From: Candidatus Omnitrophota bacterium
Lineage (GTDB): Bacteria > Omnitrophota > Gorgyraeia > B26-G9
Length of the DNA stretch: 64,000 nt
Reading direction: 5' to 3'
NCBI GenBank assembly: GCA_018817585.1
Contig: JAHITE010000125.1
Location: 12,580 to 76,579, forward strand
The notes beneath the pieces are model-generated. The model was not told where the DNA came from, did no database searches, and saw only the letters and a list, made by a program, of their open reading frames with translations. Numbering within the stretch: position 1 is the stretch's first letter; each line of letters begins with the position of its first letter. Position numbers and translations under genes: made by a program. Of the stretch, positions 1 through 9,959 are shown piece by piece.

Positions 1-1
1 G

Positions 2-190
2 GGTGAGGATTTTGAGCTATTATTTACTTTAAGTGAAAAAGAGGCAAAGAAATTAAGCTTAAATTGGCCGTTTAAAAAAACTAAATTATCCTATATCGGC
101 AGAATAACCGCGCAAGGACACGGCCTGCAATTGATCAATAAACAAAGAAAATTAACTAAAATAAAACCCGGTGGATATTGCCATTTTTAA
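2..190 (+). CDS. thiL: 3' end of thiamine-monophosphate kinase (partial)
   Basis: Hand translation from nt 2 reads GEDFELLFT...GGYCHF-stop, matching the ThiL C-terminal GGEDYEL and GYxHF motifs; upstream of tsaE. Confidence 0.8.
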   Translation, partial: GEDFELLFTLSEKEAKKLSLNWPFKKTKLSYIGRITAQGHGLQLINKQRKLTKIKPGGYCHF

Positions 191-220
191 TTAAACCAAC
201 AGATATTTAAATTTAATTAT

Positions 221-691
221 ATGCTGAATTTAACCACTAATACCCCTGAACAAACAATTGTTTGGGGAAAGCAGCTTGCCAGGTTTTTGAAACCAGGGGA
301 TGTTATTGCTTTATCCGGTAATCTTGGAGCTGGGAAAACAACCTTTGTTAAAGGGATTGCGCAGGGGCTGGGGATTAATAAAAAACAAGTCAATAGCCCC
401 AGCTATGTTTTGATCCGGGAGTATAAAGGGAAAAACATAGAATTGTTTCATTGTGATTTGTATCGGCTGGATAATGTTGAACAAATATCTTTTTTGGGTA
501 TTGAAGATTATTTTGATCGAGAGGGTGTGCTGGTTATTGAATGGGCCAAAAGGGCAGGAGATTTACTGCCGGATCAATATTTGGATATTAGTATTGCCTT
601 GCTTGGAGAAAAAAAACGGGGTTTTAAAGTAAAGGCCTGTGGAGCTAAATATCAGGCTTTGATCAATACTCTTAAAATAGTAATTAAATAG
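221..691 (+). CDS. tsaE: tRNA t6A biosynthesis ATPase TsaE
   Basis: GNLGAGKT Walker A, SPSY, HCDLYRL and IEW motifs. Confidence 0.95.
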   Translation: MLNLTTNTPEQTIVWGKQLARFLKPGDVIALSGNLGAGKTTFVKGIAQGLGINKKQVNSPSYVLIREYKGKNIELFHCDLYRLDNVEQISFLGIEDYFDREGVLVIEWAKRAGDLLPDQYLDISIALLGEKKRGFKVKACGAKYQALINTLKIVIK

Positions 692-716
692 CTGTTAAAT
701 CATTAATGAGGCGATT

Positions 717-1418
717 ATGATTTGTTTAGCTGTGGATACGTCAAGTAAGTTTTTGTGCATTGTGCTTATGGAAAATGAGCGTATTTTGCGAAAATTTAAT
801 CAGGATAAAGCCAGGGCGCATGGACAGCTTTTGATTCCGGAAATTCAAAAAATATTAAAAACCCAAAAAATCCGGCTTCAAGATCTGGATTGTTTGGCGG
901 TTAATATCGGTCCAGGATCATTTACTGGTTTGCGCATAGGGATCGCGGCTGTAAAAGGCTTGAGTCTTGCTTTAAAAATTCCGATTATAAGTCTGAGCAG
1001 TTTGGATCTTATTGCTTATAATTGTCTTAAGCTTGAAAAAACTATATGTTCAATTATTGACGCGAAACGTAAACAGGTATATGCCGCGATTTTTAAAAAT
1101 TCCGGGACTAGCTTAAAAAAGCAGAAAAAGTATTTTTTAGGGCCAATTGATGATTTGCTTGTGAATTTAAAAGCAGCGATTGTGTTCAGCGGCGACGGAG
1201 TTGGTTTATACAAAGAGCAAATAATGGCGCATAAGAATATAAATCCTGTTTTTGCTCAGGAAAAATCATGGTATACCGATCCAGCTGTTTTTGCCAAGTT
1301 ATGTTATCGTGAATATCAAAATAAAAAATTTAAACAAGCCAAAGACATTGTGCCAATGTATTTATATCCAAATACCTGTACAGTAAGAAAAAAACAAAAG
1401 AAGAGTAATGCTAAATAA
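717..1418 (+). CDS. tsaB: tRNA t6A biosynthesis protein TsaB
   Basis: LAVDTS, GPGSFTGLRIG and IDAKR motifs. Confidence 0.95.
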   Translation: MICLAVDTSSKFLCIVLMENERILRKFNQDKARAHGQLLIPEIQKILKTQKIRLQDLDCLAVNIGPGSFTGLRIGIAAVKGLSLALKIPIISLSSLDLIAYNCLKLEKTICSIIDAKRKQVYAAIFKNSGTSLKKQKKYFLGPIDDLLVNLKAAIVFSGDGVGLYKEQIMAHKNINPVFAQEKSWYTDPAVFAKLCYREYQNKKFKQAKDIVPMYLYPNTCTVRKKQKKSNAK

Positions 1419-2553
1419 AAAGACACTTCAATATCCGGCTTGGGCTGAAATTAATTTGTCAAACATTAAGTCAAATTTCCTGCGGTTAAAGCGGAAAGCT
1501 GGTAAAGGGCTTAAAGTGCTGGCAGCGGTAAAAGCGCATGCTTATGGCCATGGCATGCTGGAAGTGTCCCGGCAGTTGGAAAAATGCAAAGTTGGCTATT
1601 TAGGAGTTGCTAGTGTGAGTGAGGCATTAGCCTTGCGCCAGGGGAAAATTAAAACCCCGATTCTGGTTATGGGTAATGTTTATGATCAAAATCAAATCAA
1701 ACAAGCAATTAACGCGCGAATAAGCCTAACTGTTGCTGATCTGTCCGGAGCTTTGAATTTAAGCCGGATTGCTGCTGAAAAAAAAGTAAAAGTACATATC
1801 AAAGTGGACACAGGTATGGGCCGGATCGGAATCTGGCATCAGGAAGCTTATGCTCATATAATTAAAATTTTTAAAATGAAAAATCTCCTGATTGAAGGAA
1901 TTTTTACCCATTTTCCCAGCGCGGATACGGATATTGATTTTACTAAACAGCAAGTAATTATTTTTAAAAAATTAATTGAGAGATTAAACCAAAACAATAT
2001 TTATATTCCGCTGATTCATGGCGCTAATAGCAGCGCGATTTTTCAATTAAAAAATTACAATCCAGAATTATTTAACATGGTTCGTCCGGGTTTAATGCTT
2101 TATGGAATGTATCCATCGCCGGCTATAAAAACAAAGTCACGGCTTAATCTAAAGCCGGTATTGCAGTTAAAAAGCAGAGTTGTTTTTTTAAAAACAGTGG
2201 ATAAGGGCCGATCAATCAGCTATGGCCGGACTTATCGCGCTAAAACAAAAACTAAAATTGCTACTGTATCCATAGGCTATGCCGATGGATATTCAAGAGC
2301 TTTGTCTAATAAAGCGCAGGTTTTAATCAAAGGTAAATTATTGCCGGTTGTCGGCCGGATCTGCATGGATCAGCTTATGGTGGATATTGGTTTATCTTCC
2401 AAAGTAAAGGTCGGAGATATTGTGACTTTGATTGGCAGTCAGCAGAAAAAAACAATATTTAGCGAAACATTGGCAAGTTTATGCAATACTATACCTTATG
2501 AGATTACTTGCGGTATCTCTGCCAGGGTAAAGCGCGTATTCAAAAAACATTGA
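1408..2553 (+). CDS. alr: Alanine racemase
   Basis: AVKAHAYGHG PLP lysine, KVDTGMGRIG, GYADG, GRICMDQ, TIPYE. Confidence 0.97.
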   Translation: MLNKKTLQYPAWAEINLSNIKSNFLRLKRKAGKGLKVLAAVKAHAYGHGMLEVSRQLEKCKVGYLGVASVSEALALRQGKIKTPILVMGNVYDQNQIKQAINARISLTVADLSGALNLSRIAAEKKVKVHIKVDTGMGRIGIWHQEAYAHIIKIFKMKNLLIEGIFTHFPSADTDIDFTKQQVIIFKKLIERLNQNNIYIPLIHGANSSAIFQLKNYNPELFNMVRPGLMLYGMYPSPAIKTKSRLNLKPVLQLKSRVVFLKTVDKGRSISYGRTYRAKTKTKIATVSIGYADGYSRALSNKAQVLIKGKLLPVVGRICMDQLMVDIGLSSKVKVGDIVTLIGSQQKKTIFSETLASLCNTIPYEITCGISARVKRVFKKH

Positions 2554-2577
2554 CTTTAAAACCCAGAATGTTATAAT
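2550..2577 (+). promoter_or_regulatory. Putative sigma70 promoter of the pilin-like cluster
   Basis: TTGACT-16 nt-TATAAT with TGn extended -10. Confidence 0.6.
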
Positions 2578-2594
2578 TAAAATTCAGGATTATT

Positions 2595-2933
2595 ATGGAT
2601 AAAAAATACTTAAATAATAAAGGTTTATCATTGGTGGAAGTTGTGATGTCAGCGCTATTGCTTACAGTAGTGCTGGCGGCGCTGTTTGCCTCCTATCGAA
2701 ATGCCAATAACTTAATCAATCTTGCGCATAACAAGCTAATTGCTCTGAACTGGGCTGAATCTGTGCTTGAACATGAAAGAGCTAATTTTGGAGGCGCTTA
2801 TACGGACCCGGCTTCGCCTAACTGGCTGACTGTGGAAAAGAGCGCTCCGGCTCCTACTATTGCAAGAATAAATTACGGTGCACCGCAAGCGCATTTGCAG
2901 GAAATTAAAGTTACAATAACCTGGACTGAATAA
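2595..2933 (+). CDS. Minor pilin-like protein (PilV-like)
   Basis: Class III signal NKG|LSLVEVV plus hydrophobic helix; C-terminal strand IKVTITWTE. Confidence 0.8.
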   Translation: MDKKYLNNKGLSLVEVVMSALLLTVVLAALFASYRNANNLINLAHNKLIALNWAESVLEHERANFGGAYTDPASPNWLTVEKSAPAPTIARINYGAPQAHLQEIKVTITWTE

Positions 2934-2934
2934 T

Positions 2935-3690
2935 ATGAAAAGAAATCAAGGTTTTACCTTACTGGAAGTGCAGATTTCGGCAATGCTGATGATTGTTGTG
3001 CTGATTGCTACCGGAGTTATTTTTTATTTTTCGTTGGCCTCCATAAGGTATATGCAGGATGCTTTTGATGTTTACACAAATGCTACAACCGCGATGAATC
3101 TGATTACCAATGAGGTAATACGGTCTAATTGTTATGGCTCAGCGCAAGGCCCTGGATATGTTGCTGTTCCAGGTAGCTTTTATGGTGCTAATGGGTATCA
3201 GCATGTGCTTGCCGGAGGAGCCTTGGGTGCTTCCGCGGATAGTGTGTATGTTGATATGCCGACATTGAATGATTCCAATGCTATGGTTGTCAGCGGTTTT
3301 GGTTCGGGAAATGGTCTTTATTTACGCCAGGCAACGCAAGCTTCAAGTTCCAGCGGTGTGGCAGCAGATGTTGCTGGAGATTTTCCTTCGCATGAAATAG
3401 TGGAAATATATCGTCAATGGTTTTTTGGTCCGCCGAATAAAATACAATTGATTGTGGATAGAACTGACCCAGTTCTAGGCAGCAGTATTCAAGCTATAGC
3501 GGATAATGTAATTCAGTTTGATTTTAAGCCGATTGCGTATAATTGTGTGCATGTTATTTTGACACTAGAGGGTAAGGTGGATGATCCGATGGCTGCTGGA
3601 GTGAAAAGGCATAGAATTACGCTGAGTAAGCTGATTACTTTGCGCTGCGCGCCTTCTGTTGCGCCAATACCTGGGGTAAATACATGGTGA
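2935..3690 (+). CDS. Minor pilin-like protein (PilW-like)
   Basis: Class III signal NQG|FTLLEV plus hydrophobic helix; IADNV...F near the C-terminus. Confidence 0.8.
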   Translation: MKRNQGFTLLEVQISAMLMIVVLIATGVIFYFSLASIRYMQDAFDVYTNATTAMNLITNEVIRSNCYGSAQGPGYVAVPGSFYGANGYQHVLAGGALGASADSVYVDMPTLNDSNAMVVSGFGSGNGLYLRQATQASSSSGVAADVAGDFPSHEIVEIYRQWFFGPPNKIQLIVDRTDPVLGSSIQAIADNVIQFDFKPIAYNCVHVILTLEGKVDDPMAAGVKRHRITLSKLITLRCAPSVAPIPGVNTW

Positions 3691-4034
3691 TCTGGATGAG
3701 AAAAATGAAATTTTTATCAGCTAAAAATATCCCCAAAAAAACTGACAGAGAAAAAGCCCAGGCAATGGTTGTGTCATTTATTTATGTGAGTATTGTTTCG
3801 CTGATCGCGATTTATATGATGTCTTATGCCCATAATCTGAATAAAGTTGTAAGTCGAGACATAAAACATAGTATGTCTTTTTACGCCGCGGAAGGCGCTT
3901 TAATCAGGGTGATGTCATTACGTGAGTTGGGCCGGCCAACTCCTGTAAACATGGATACAGCGCCGATGACTATTGGCATTCAAACAGCTGTTGATGGAAC
4001 AACCCGAAGGATTACGGCAACTGTTAATTGGTAA
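3684..4034 (+). CDS. PilX-like minor pilin (no Glu5); start may be 3696 or 3705
   Basis: KAQAMVVS hydrophobic helix followed by FYAAEGA, similar to the PilX N-terminal AFYAAEAG motif. Confidence 0.6.
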   Translation: MVIWMRKMKFLSAKNIPKKTDREKAQAMVVSFIYVSIVSLIAIYMMSYAHNLNKVVSRDIKHSMSFYAAEGALIRVMSLRELGRPTPVNMDTAPMTIGIQTAVDGTTRRITATVNW

Positions 4035-4085
4035 TAAAACTTAATTGATGTTTATTTTCTATAAATAATATGGTGGAGGCAAATA

Positions 4086-4904
4086 ATGGCGCCAAAAATA
4101 AAACAGTTTTTACAAAAAATAAAACAGGTAAATAAAGAGTATTTACTGCTTTTTGCAATAGTTACTTTAATTGGATTATTGATCTATTCTTCTACCGCGA
4201 CATCGCAACAATCTCCGGAAGAAATAACCTTAACTACTTTTTATCCTTGTCCTTTTGGAGAGTATGACCGGATTACTGCTTCGAGATTTATTGATTTTGA
4301 TAATGTTAATCGCTGGTTTGATCCTAGCGGAGATACTCAGCTGGAATCTTTGCGGGTTTTTAATGGGATTCTTGCAAATGTAGTTGTTGGTCCAGCCGGG
4401 ACATATTCGGTTAATTTTGTGACTGGCGAGGCGTTTCTTAATGTTGTTACGGCAGATAAACTGGTAATGACTGGGCCAGCGCCTTCGCCAACATATGAAG
4501 TAAATGGTGGAAATTATGTGTGGGATATTGCTGAAGGTATGCTAATTACAGAATGTACCGCGGGTGATGTTGTGATCATCGGCGATGATCCGGGAAAGGG
4601 TTTGGTTAAATCAACTGAAAAATTCGATTCCCGGGTTGCGGGGATTGTTTCCACTGATCCTAAGATTTATATGGGAGCGGCTGAAGATAAAATGCCTTTA
4701 GCTTTGGCCGGGATTGTAAAATGTAACGCGACTGTGGAAAACGGAGCAATTAAACGCGGTGATTTGCTGGTAAGTTCTTCTTTGCCGGGTTATGCTATGC
4801 GGGCTTCGGCAAAAGAAGTAAAGCCCGGGATGCTGGTGGGCAAAGCATTGCAGGAATTAACTTCAGGCCAGGATAAAATTTTTGTTTTAGTTAATAAACA
4901 GTAA
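4086..4904 (+). CDS. Exported protein with C-terminal fibre-chaperone/peptidase G2-like domain (paralog 1)
   Basis: N-terminal hydrophobic segment; EITLTTFYP; C-terminal WDIAE..GDVV..VAGIVS..PLALAGIV..ENGAIKRGDLLVSS..PGYAM. Confidence 0.6.
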   Translation: MAPKIKQFLQKIKQVNKEYLLLFAIVTLIGLLIYSSTATSQQSPEEITLTTFYPCPFGEYDRITASRFIDFDNVNRWFDPSGDTQLESLRVFNGILANVVVGPAGTYSVNFVTGEAFLNVVTADKLVMTGPAPSPTYEVNGGNYVWDIAEGMLITECTAGDVVIIGDDPGKGLVKSTEKFDSRVAGIVSTDPKIYMGAAEDKMPLALAGIVKCNATVENGAIKRGDLLVSSSLPGYAMRASAKEVKPGMLVGKALQELTSGQDKIFVLVNKQ

Positions 4905-4923
4905 AATATAGAGACTTTTGATT

Positions 4924-5769
4924 ATGAAAAAAATAAAATATTTTAAAATATTAAGTCTTGAGATAATCGGTGTATTATTATTTGCCGCGGGTTTAGGTTT
5001 CGCGCAGCAAGGAGCTGTGAAAACCCTAAGTATTAATACGCATCGATTTCTTTATAACGCGGCAGCGAATTATGTTGCAGCGGCTTATGATGTTTTAGTT
5101 GCTAAACAGTTTATTGATCGAGATCCAGAGGCACTGGCCGGGGGCCATAGTTGTTTTGGGGACCCTAGCGAACAGAGCGATTTGCATCATCTGACAGTTA
5201 ATGATGGACTGGAGTTTGACTATACGGATTCTGGAACCATGACTATAAGTGCTGTGCCTTTAGGGGCATTCTCAATTAATTTCGAAGATGGTTGGGCCGG
5301 TGGAGAAGCATATTTTTCAACTTGTACTGCAGTTAAATTTGTAATGATAACCCCATTTCCTGATTCTAGAAATGATGAGGGCAAAAAAGTATGGGATATT
5401 GCTGAAGGTATTAATGTTGAATTTGGTGATGCTTGTGATGTTGTGGTTATTAGTAAAAATAAAGATTTGACGGTTACGCGTTCAACTGTTAAGTTTGATT
5501 CTAAAGTGGCCGGAGTTATATCGGAGTCACCAAAAATATATATGGGAGATATGGCAGGTAATAAGCCTTTGGCTTTGTCCGGGATTGTTAAGTGCAATGT
5601 GAATACGCAAAACGGGCCGATTAAAAAAGGTGATATTCTGGTAACATCATCAGAGCCTGGATACGCGATGAAAGCTAATGAAAGTCAAGTATTGCCGGGA
5701 ATGATTATTGGCAAAGCTTTGGACGCGCTTGATCAGGGTAAAGGAAAAATTTATATTCTAATCAATTAG
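4924..5769 (+). CDS. Exported protein with C-terminal fibre-chaperone/peptidase G2-like domain (paralog 2)
   Basis: Signal peptide (GLGFA|QQ); same C-terminal motif series as the preceding ORF. Confidence 0.6.
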   Translation: MKKIKYFKILSLEIIGVLLFAAGLGFAQQGAVKTLSINTHRFLYNAAANYVAAAYDVLVAKQFIDRDPEALAGGHSCFGDPSEQSDLHHLTVNDGLEFDYTDSGTMTISAVPLGAFSINFEDGWAGGEAYFSTCTAVKFVMITPFPDSRNDEGKKVWDIAEGINVEFGDACDVVVISKNKDLTVTRSTVKFDSKVAGVISESPKIYMGDMAGNKPLALSGIVKCNVNTQNGPIKKGDILVTSSEPGYAMKANESQVLPGMIIGKALDALDQGKGKIYILIN

Positions 5770-5800
5770 CAATATAGTTCAAATTTCAGGTTTAAAAAGC

Positions 5801-5826
5801 AGAAGACAGAATAATCTGTCTTCTTT
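5801..5826 (+). terminator. Hairpin after the pilin-like cluster
   Basis: AGAAGACAGA-ATAA-TCTGTCTTCT perfect 10-bp stem with a short T run. Confidence 0.5.
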
Positions 5827-5881
5827 GTTCTCATTACAGGGTTTGCTTGGTTTAAATTTTAAATAAAATCGAGGAGAAATA

Positions 5882-7543
5882 ATGTTACGCAGTGATAAAA
5901 TTAAAAAAGGGTTAGAGCGTGCTCCGCACAGAGCTTTGCTGTTTTCTACAGGTATTTCCAGAAAAGATTTGAGTAAACCGTTTATTGCCGTAGCAAGTTC
6001 GGTTAATGATTTTATTCCTGGTCATGTTGGTATGCGTGATCTGGAAAGATTTGTCGAGCGCGGTATTGTTAGTCAGGGCGCGGTGCCGTTTTTCTTTGGA
6101 CTGCCTGGGATATGCGACGGAATTGCCATGGGGCATGAAGGCATGCATTATCCGCTTGCTTCCCGGGAATTGATTGCTGATTCCGTGGAATCAGTGGTTA
6201 AAGCGCATTGTGCTGACGGATTGGTTTGTATTACAAATTGTGATAAGATTACTCCCGGCATGTTGATGGCTGTAGCTCGGTTAAATATTCCGGCAATTGT
6301 CCTGACCGCGGGGCCAATGCTTTCCGGCAGACAGGGAATGAAACGGTTGTCTTTTGTCCGTGATACTTTTGAAGCATTGTCTTTAACTAAAAGAGGCGAG
6401 ATGAGTAAAGAAGAGCTTTCATGTTTGGAGATGGAAGCTTGTCCTGGGCAGGGATCCTGTCAGGGTTTATATACAGCGAATACAATGGCCTGTTTGACAG
6501 AAGCCATGGGCATGTCTTTGCCCGGCTGTGGTACTGGTTTAGCTGGTATGGCTAAAAAGAAAAGATTAGCTCAGGCAAGCGGAGAACGGATTGTGGAATT
6601 AGTTAAAGCAAATATTACGCCAAGTATGATTATGAATGAGAAATCATTGGAAAACGCGATTATGGTGGATATGGCTTTGGGCGGATCAAGTAATACTGTT
6701 TTGCATCTTTTGGCGATTGCTCATGAATGCGGGATAGAAATTCCTTTGGAGAAATTCGATAAAATAAGCAAGAAAACTCCGCATATAACTGATTTGCGTC
6801 CTGGCGGAGAATATTTTATGGAAGACCTTGAATATTCCGGAGGGATTCCAGCTGTAATGCATAGGCTTAAAGATAAATTAAATGACAACCCGACTGTTTG
6901 CGGGACTAGTGTAAAAAAGCTGGCAGAGTATTCTCAAGTGCTTAATGAAGAAATTGTCCGGCCGCTTAATAAAGCGCATCATAAAGAAGGAGGGATAGCA
7001 GTACTGTTTGGCAACTTAGCCCCAGAGGGCGCGGTTGTAAAGCAGTCCGCTGTCAGTGAGAAAATGATGTACTTTAAAGGCAAGGCGCGTGTTTATAATA
7101 GTGAAGAAGCGGTGATGAAAGATATTCTTTCCGCTAAAGTGAAAAAAGGCACGGTTTTAGTTGTGCGCTATGAAGGCCCGCGCGGCGGACCTGGTATGCG
7201 GGAAATGCTCGCGCCGACAGCGGCAATTGTTGGAATGGGCATGTCTGATGATGTTGCTTTAATCACTGACGGAAGATTTTCCGGCGGAACCAGAGGGCCT
7301 TGTTTAGGACATATTTCTCCAGAAGCAGCAGCCGGCGGTCCGATCGCGGCTGTAAAAAACAATGATGAAATAATCATTGATATAAAAAACAGAAAATTAC
7401 ATTTAAACTTAACTGATCAGGAAATAGCGGAAAGACTGCGCCATGTAAAACATCCGCCGCCAAAGATAAATACCGGATGGCTTAAGCGTTATGCTAAAAT
7501 GGTAAGCTCAGCGAGCAAAGGCGCGGTTTTAGATATTGAATGA
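5882..7543 (+). CDS. ilvD: Dihydroxy-acid dehydratase
   Basis: [28 protein letters not shown] motifs. Confidence 0.97.
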   Translation: MLRSDKIKKGLERAPHRALLFSTGISRKDLSKPFIAVASSVNDFIPGHVGMRDLERFVERGIVSQGAVPFFFGLPGICDGIAMGHEGMHYPLASRELIADSVESVVKAHCADGLVCITNCDKITPGMLMAVARLNIPAIVLTAGPMLSGRQGMKRLSFVRDTFEALSLTKRGEMSKEELSCLEMEACPGQGSCQGLYTANTMACLTEAMGMSLPGCGTGLAGMAKKKRLAQASGERIVELVKANITPSMIMNEKSLENAIMVDMALGGSSNTVLHLLAIAHECGIEIPLEKFDKISKKTPHITDLRPGGEYFMEDLEYSGGIPAVMHRLKDKLNDNPTVCGTSVKKLAEYSQVLNEEIVRPLNKAHHKEGGIAVLFGNLAPEGAVVKQSAVSEKMMYFKGKARVYNSEEAVMKDILSAKVKKGTVLVVRYEGPRGGPGMREMLAPTAAIVGMGMSDDVALITDGRFSGGTRGPCLGHISPEAAAGGPIAAVKNNDEIIIDIKNRKLHLNLTDQEIAERLRHVKHPPPKINTGWLKRYAKMVSSASKGAVLDIE

Positions 7544-7565
7544 TAAAAATAAAAAAGGAAATATT

Positions 7566-9236
7566 ATGAAAAAAACAGGCGCGGAGATTATTGTTGAGTC
7601 ACTGTTGAAAGAAGGAGTACGGGTTTTGTTTGGTTATCCCGGCGGTTCAGTTTTACCGCTTACTGATGCCCTCTACGATGCGCCAATTGATTTTATTCTG
7701 GTTCGTCATGAACAGGCAGCGGCGCATGCTGCTGACGGCTATGCCCGGGCAACCGGCAAGGTCGGGGTTTGCATGGCTACATCTGGTCCCGGAGCAACTA
7801 ATTTGGTAACTGGTTTGGCAACAGCGCATATGGATTCTATTCCCATGGTTGCGATTACCGGACAGGTAAACAGTACTTTGATTGGTAATGATGCTTTTCA
7901 AGAAGCGGATATTACCGGAATAACAAGATCCATTACAAAACACAATTATCTGGTTAAAGATATCGCTGAACTGGCCAGTACAATAAAAGAGGCTTTTTAT
8001 ATTGCTTCAACCGGCAGGCCGGGGCCAGTAGTTATTGATGTTCCGGTTGATATCCAAAAACAGAGCATGGAATTTAATTACCCGGAAACAATTAAAATGC
8101 GTTCTTATAATCCGGAAATCGCATTGCCAATGGATCAGATTAAAAAAGCAGCTAAGCTGATTGAAAAAAGCAAAAGACCAGTTGTTTATGCCGGCGGGGG
8201 AATTATAATTTCCCAAGCGCATGATGAACTGCTGGAATTCGCGGTAAAAATCAATGCTCCGGTAACTACGACTTTAATGGGCCTGGGCGGTTTTCCGGAA
8301 ACCAATGAACTGGCCTTGGGAATGCTCGGGATGCATGGTACTGTATACGCGAATCATTCAATAATGGAAAGTGATTTGATTATCGCGGTGGGCGCTCGTT
8401 TTGATGACCGGGTAACCGGCCGGATTGATAAATTCGCGCCAGATGCCAAAGTAATTCATATTGATATTGATCCAACCGCGATCAGCAAGAACATCCGTGT
8501 AGATATCCCGGTTATTTGCGATGCCAAGCAAGGGCTGCGGGCTTTGAATAAAATTGTAAAAAGATTAGAAACAGATGCCTGGCTGAAAAAGATTCATGGC
8601 TGGAAAACAAAAGCGCCTTTGCAGTATCAAACATCAGGTCAAAAAATCAGACCGCAGTATGTTGTAGAGCAGATTTACAAAATAACCAAAGGTGACGCGA
8701 TTATTTGTACTGAAGTCGGACAGAATCAGATGTGGGCAGCGCAGTATTATAATTATACTAAACCGCGCACATGGATTTCATCCGGCGGCTTGGGAACAAT
8801 GGGCTATGGTTTTCCCGCGGCGATTGGCGCTAAACTGGGCAGACCAGATAAAATAGTTTTTGATATAGCGGGTGATGGTTCAATTCAAATGAATATTCAA
8901 GAGCTGGCTACTGCTGTAGCGAATAAGGTTAATGTTAAAATCGCGATATTGAATAATGGATATCTGGGCATGGTTAGACAATGGCAAGAGCTGTTCTATA
9001 ATCGGAGATACGCGAATACGCCAATAACTGGTCCGGATTTTGTGAAATTAGCGGAAAGTTATGGTGCTGCAGGGATAAGAGTTAAGAAAAAAGCCGATGT
9101 TGCCGCGGCAATTAAGCAGGCAATTGCTATTCCCAATGTAGTTTTTCTTGATTTTGTAGTTGAACCAGAAGAAAATGTTTTTCCCATGGTTCCTGCTGGT
9201 GAGGCCATAGATCGGATGATCGGCGGAATGGCGTAA
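7566..9236 (+). CDS. ilvB: Acetolactate synthase large subunit
   Basis: [22 protein letters not shown]...NN ThDP motif; ATG at 7566 preferred. Confidence 0.97.
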   Translation: MKKTGAEIIVESLLKEGVRVLFGYPGGSVLPLTDALYDAPIDFILVRHEQAAAHAADGYARATGKVGVCMATSGPGATNLVTGLATAHMDSIPMVAITGQVNSTLIGNDAFQEADITGITRSITKHNYLVKDIAELASTIKEAFYIASTGRPGPVVIDVPVDIQKQSMEFNYPETIKMRSYNPEIALPMDQIKKAAKLIEKSKRPVVYAGGGIIISQAHDELLEFAVKINAPVTTTLMGLGGFPETNELALGMLGMHGTVYANHSIMESDLIIAVGARFDDRVTGRIDKFAPDAKVIHIDIDPTAISKNIRVDIPVICDAKQGLRALNKIVKRLETDAWLKKIHGWKTKAPLQYQTSGQKIRPQYVVEQIYKITKGDAIICTEVGQNQMWAAQYYNYTKPRTWISSGGLGTMGYGFPAAIGAKLGRPDKIVFDIAGDGSIQMNIQELATAVANKVNVKIAILNNGYLGMVRQWQELFYNRRYANTPITGPDFVKLAESYGAAGIRVKKKADVAAAIKQAIAIPNVVFLDFVVEPEENVFPMVPAGEAIDRMIGGMA

Positions 9237-9291
9237 AATGCAGCGCATAGCGGTTAGAAAAAGCAGAAAAATAGAAAACAGAAAAAGCGGT

Positions 9292-9418
9292 AAAAGGTTT
9301 GACGGTGACGAAGCCCGTATCGGTAACGTTAACGGTCACGGTTTAAAATAATAAATTTTAAGCCGATAGACTTTGCCCTAAAACGAAACGGGCACCGTAA
9401 CCTTAAACGTAACCTTTG
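9292..9418. repeat. Imperfect inverted repeat built from ~6-nt units
   Basis: AAAGGTT/AACCTTT and ACGGTG..GCCCGT/ACGGGCACCGT arms; ACGGTG/ACGGTC/ACGTTA periodicity. Confidence 0.5.
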
Positions 9419-9445
9419 TATTTTAAATAATAGGGAGTTAAAAAC

Positions 9446-9919
9446 ATGAAACATATAATTTATGCTTTAGTAGAAAATAAGCCGGGTGTTTTGGCTCGGA
9501 TTTCTAGTTTGTTTAGTGCCCGGGGTTTTAATATTGATTCATTGGCTGTGGGAGAAACGCATGATCCGACGATGTCGAGAGTTAGTTTGGTTGTTGATGC
9601 TAAAGAAGAAAAAATCCTGGATCAGATTAAAAAACAATTGGAGAAATTGGTTGATGTTATATCCGTAACAGATCTGACAAAAAAGAAATTTTTTGAAAGA
9701 GAGCTTATTTTAGTAAAAGTTAAGACAAATAAAATGACAAAGCAGAAGCTGGAAACTTTAGTTAAGAAATTTTCCGCGACAATTTTGTCCTATAATGAAA
9801 AAGCAGCTGTGATTGAAGCTATTGGCGAAAAAAAACTGTTGATGGAGCTGCTGGATTGCTTGCAGCCCATCGGGATTGAAGAACTGGTGAGAACCGGTAG
9901 AATTGCCATAGCACAGTAA
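9446..9919 (+). CDS. ilvN: Acetolactate synthase small subunit
   Basis: VENKPGVLARI, RGFNIDSL ACT domain; ELVRTG. Confidence 0.95.
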   Translation: MKHIIYALVENKPGVLARISSLFSARGFNIDSLAVGETHDPTMSRVSLVVDAKEEKILDQIKKQLEKLVDVISVTDLTKKKFFERELILVKVKTNKMTKQKLETLVKKFSATILSYNEKAAVIEAIGEKKLLMELLDCLQPIGIEELVRTGRIAIAQ

Positions 9920-9959
9920 CATTTTTTAAATAATTGGCTTATTAAAAAGGGATTAAATT

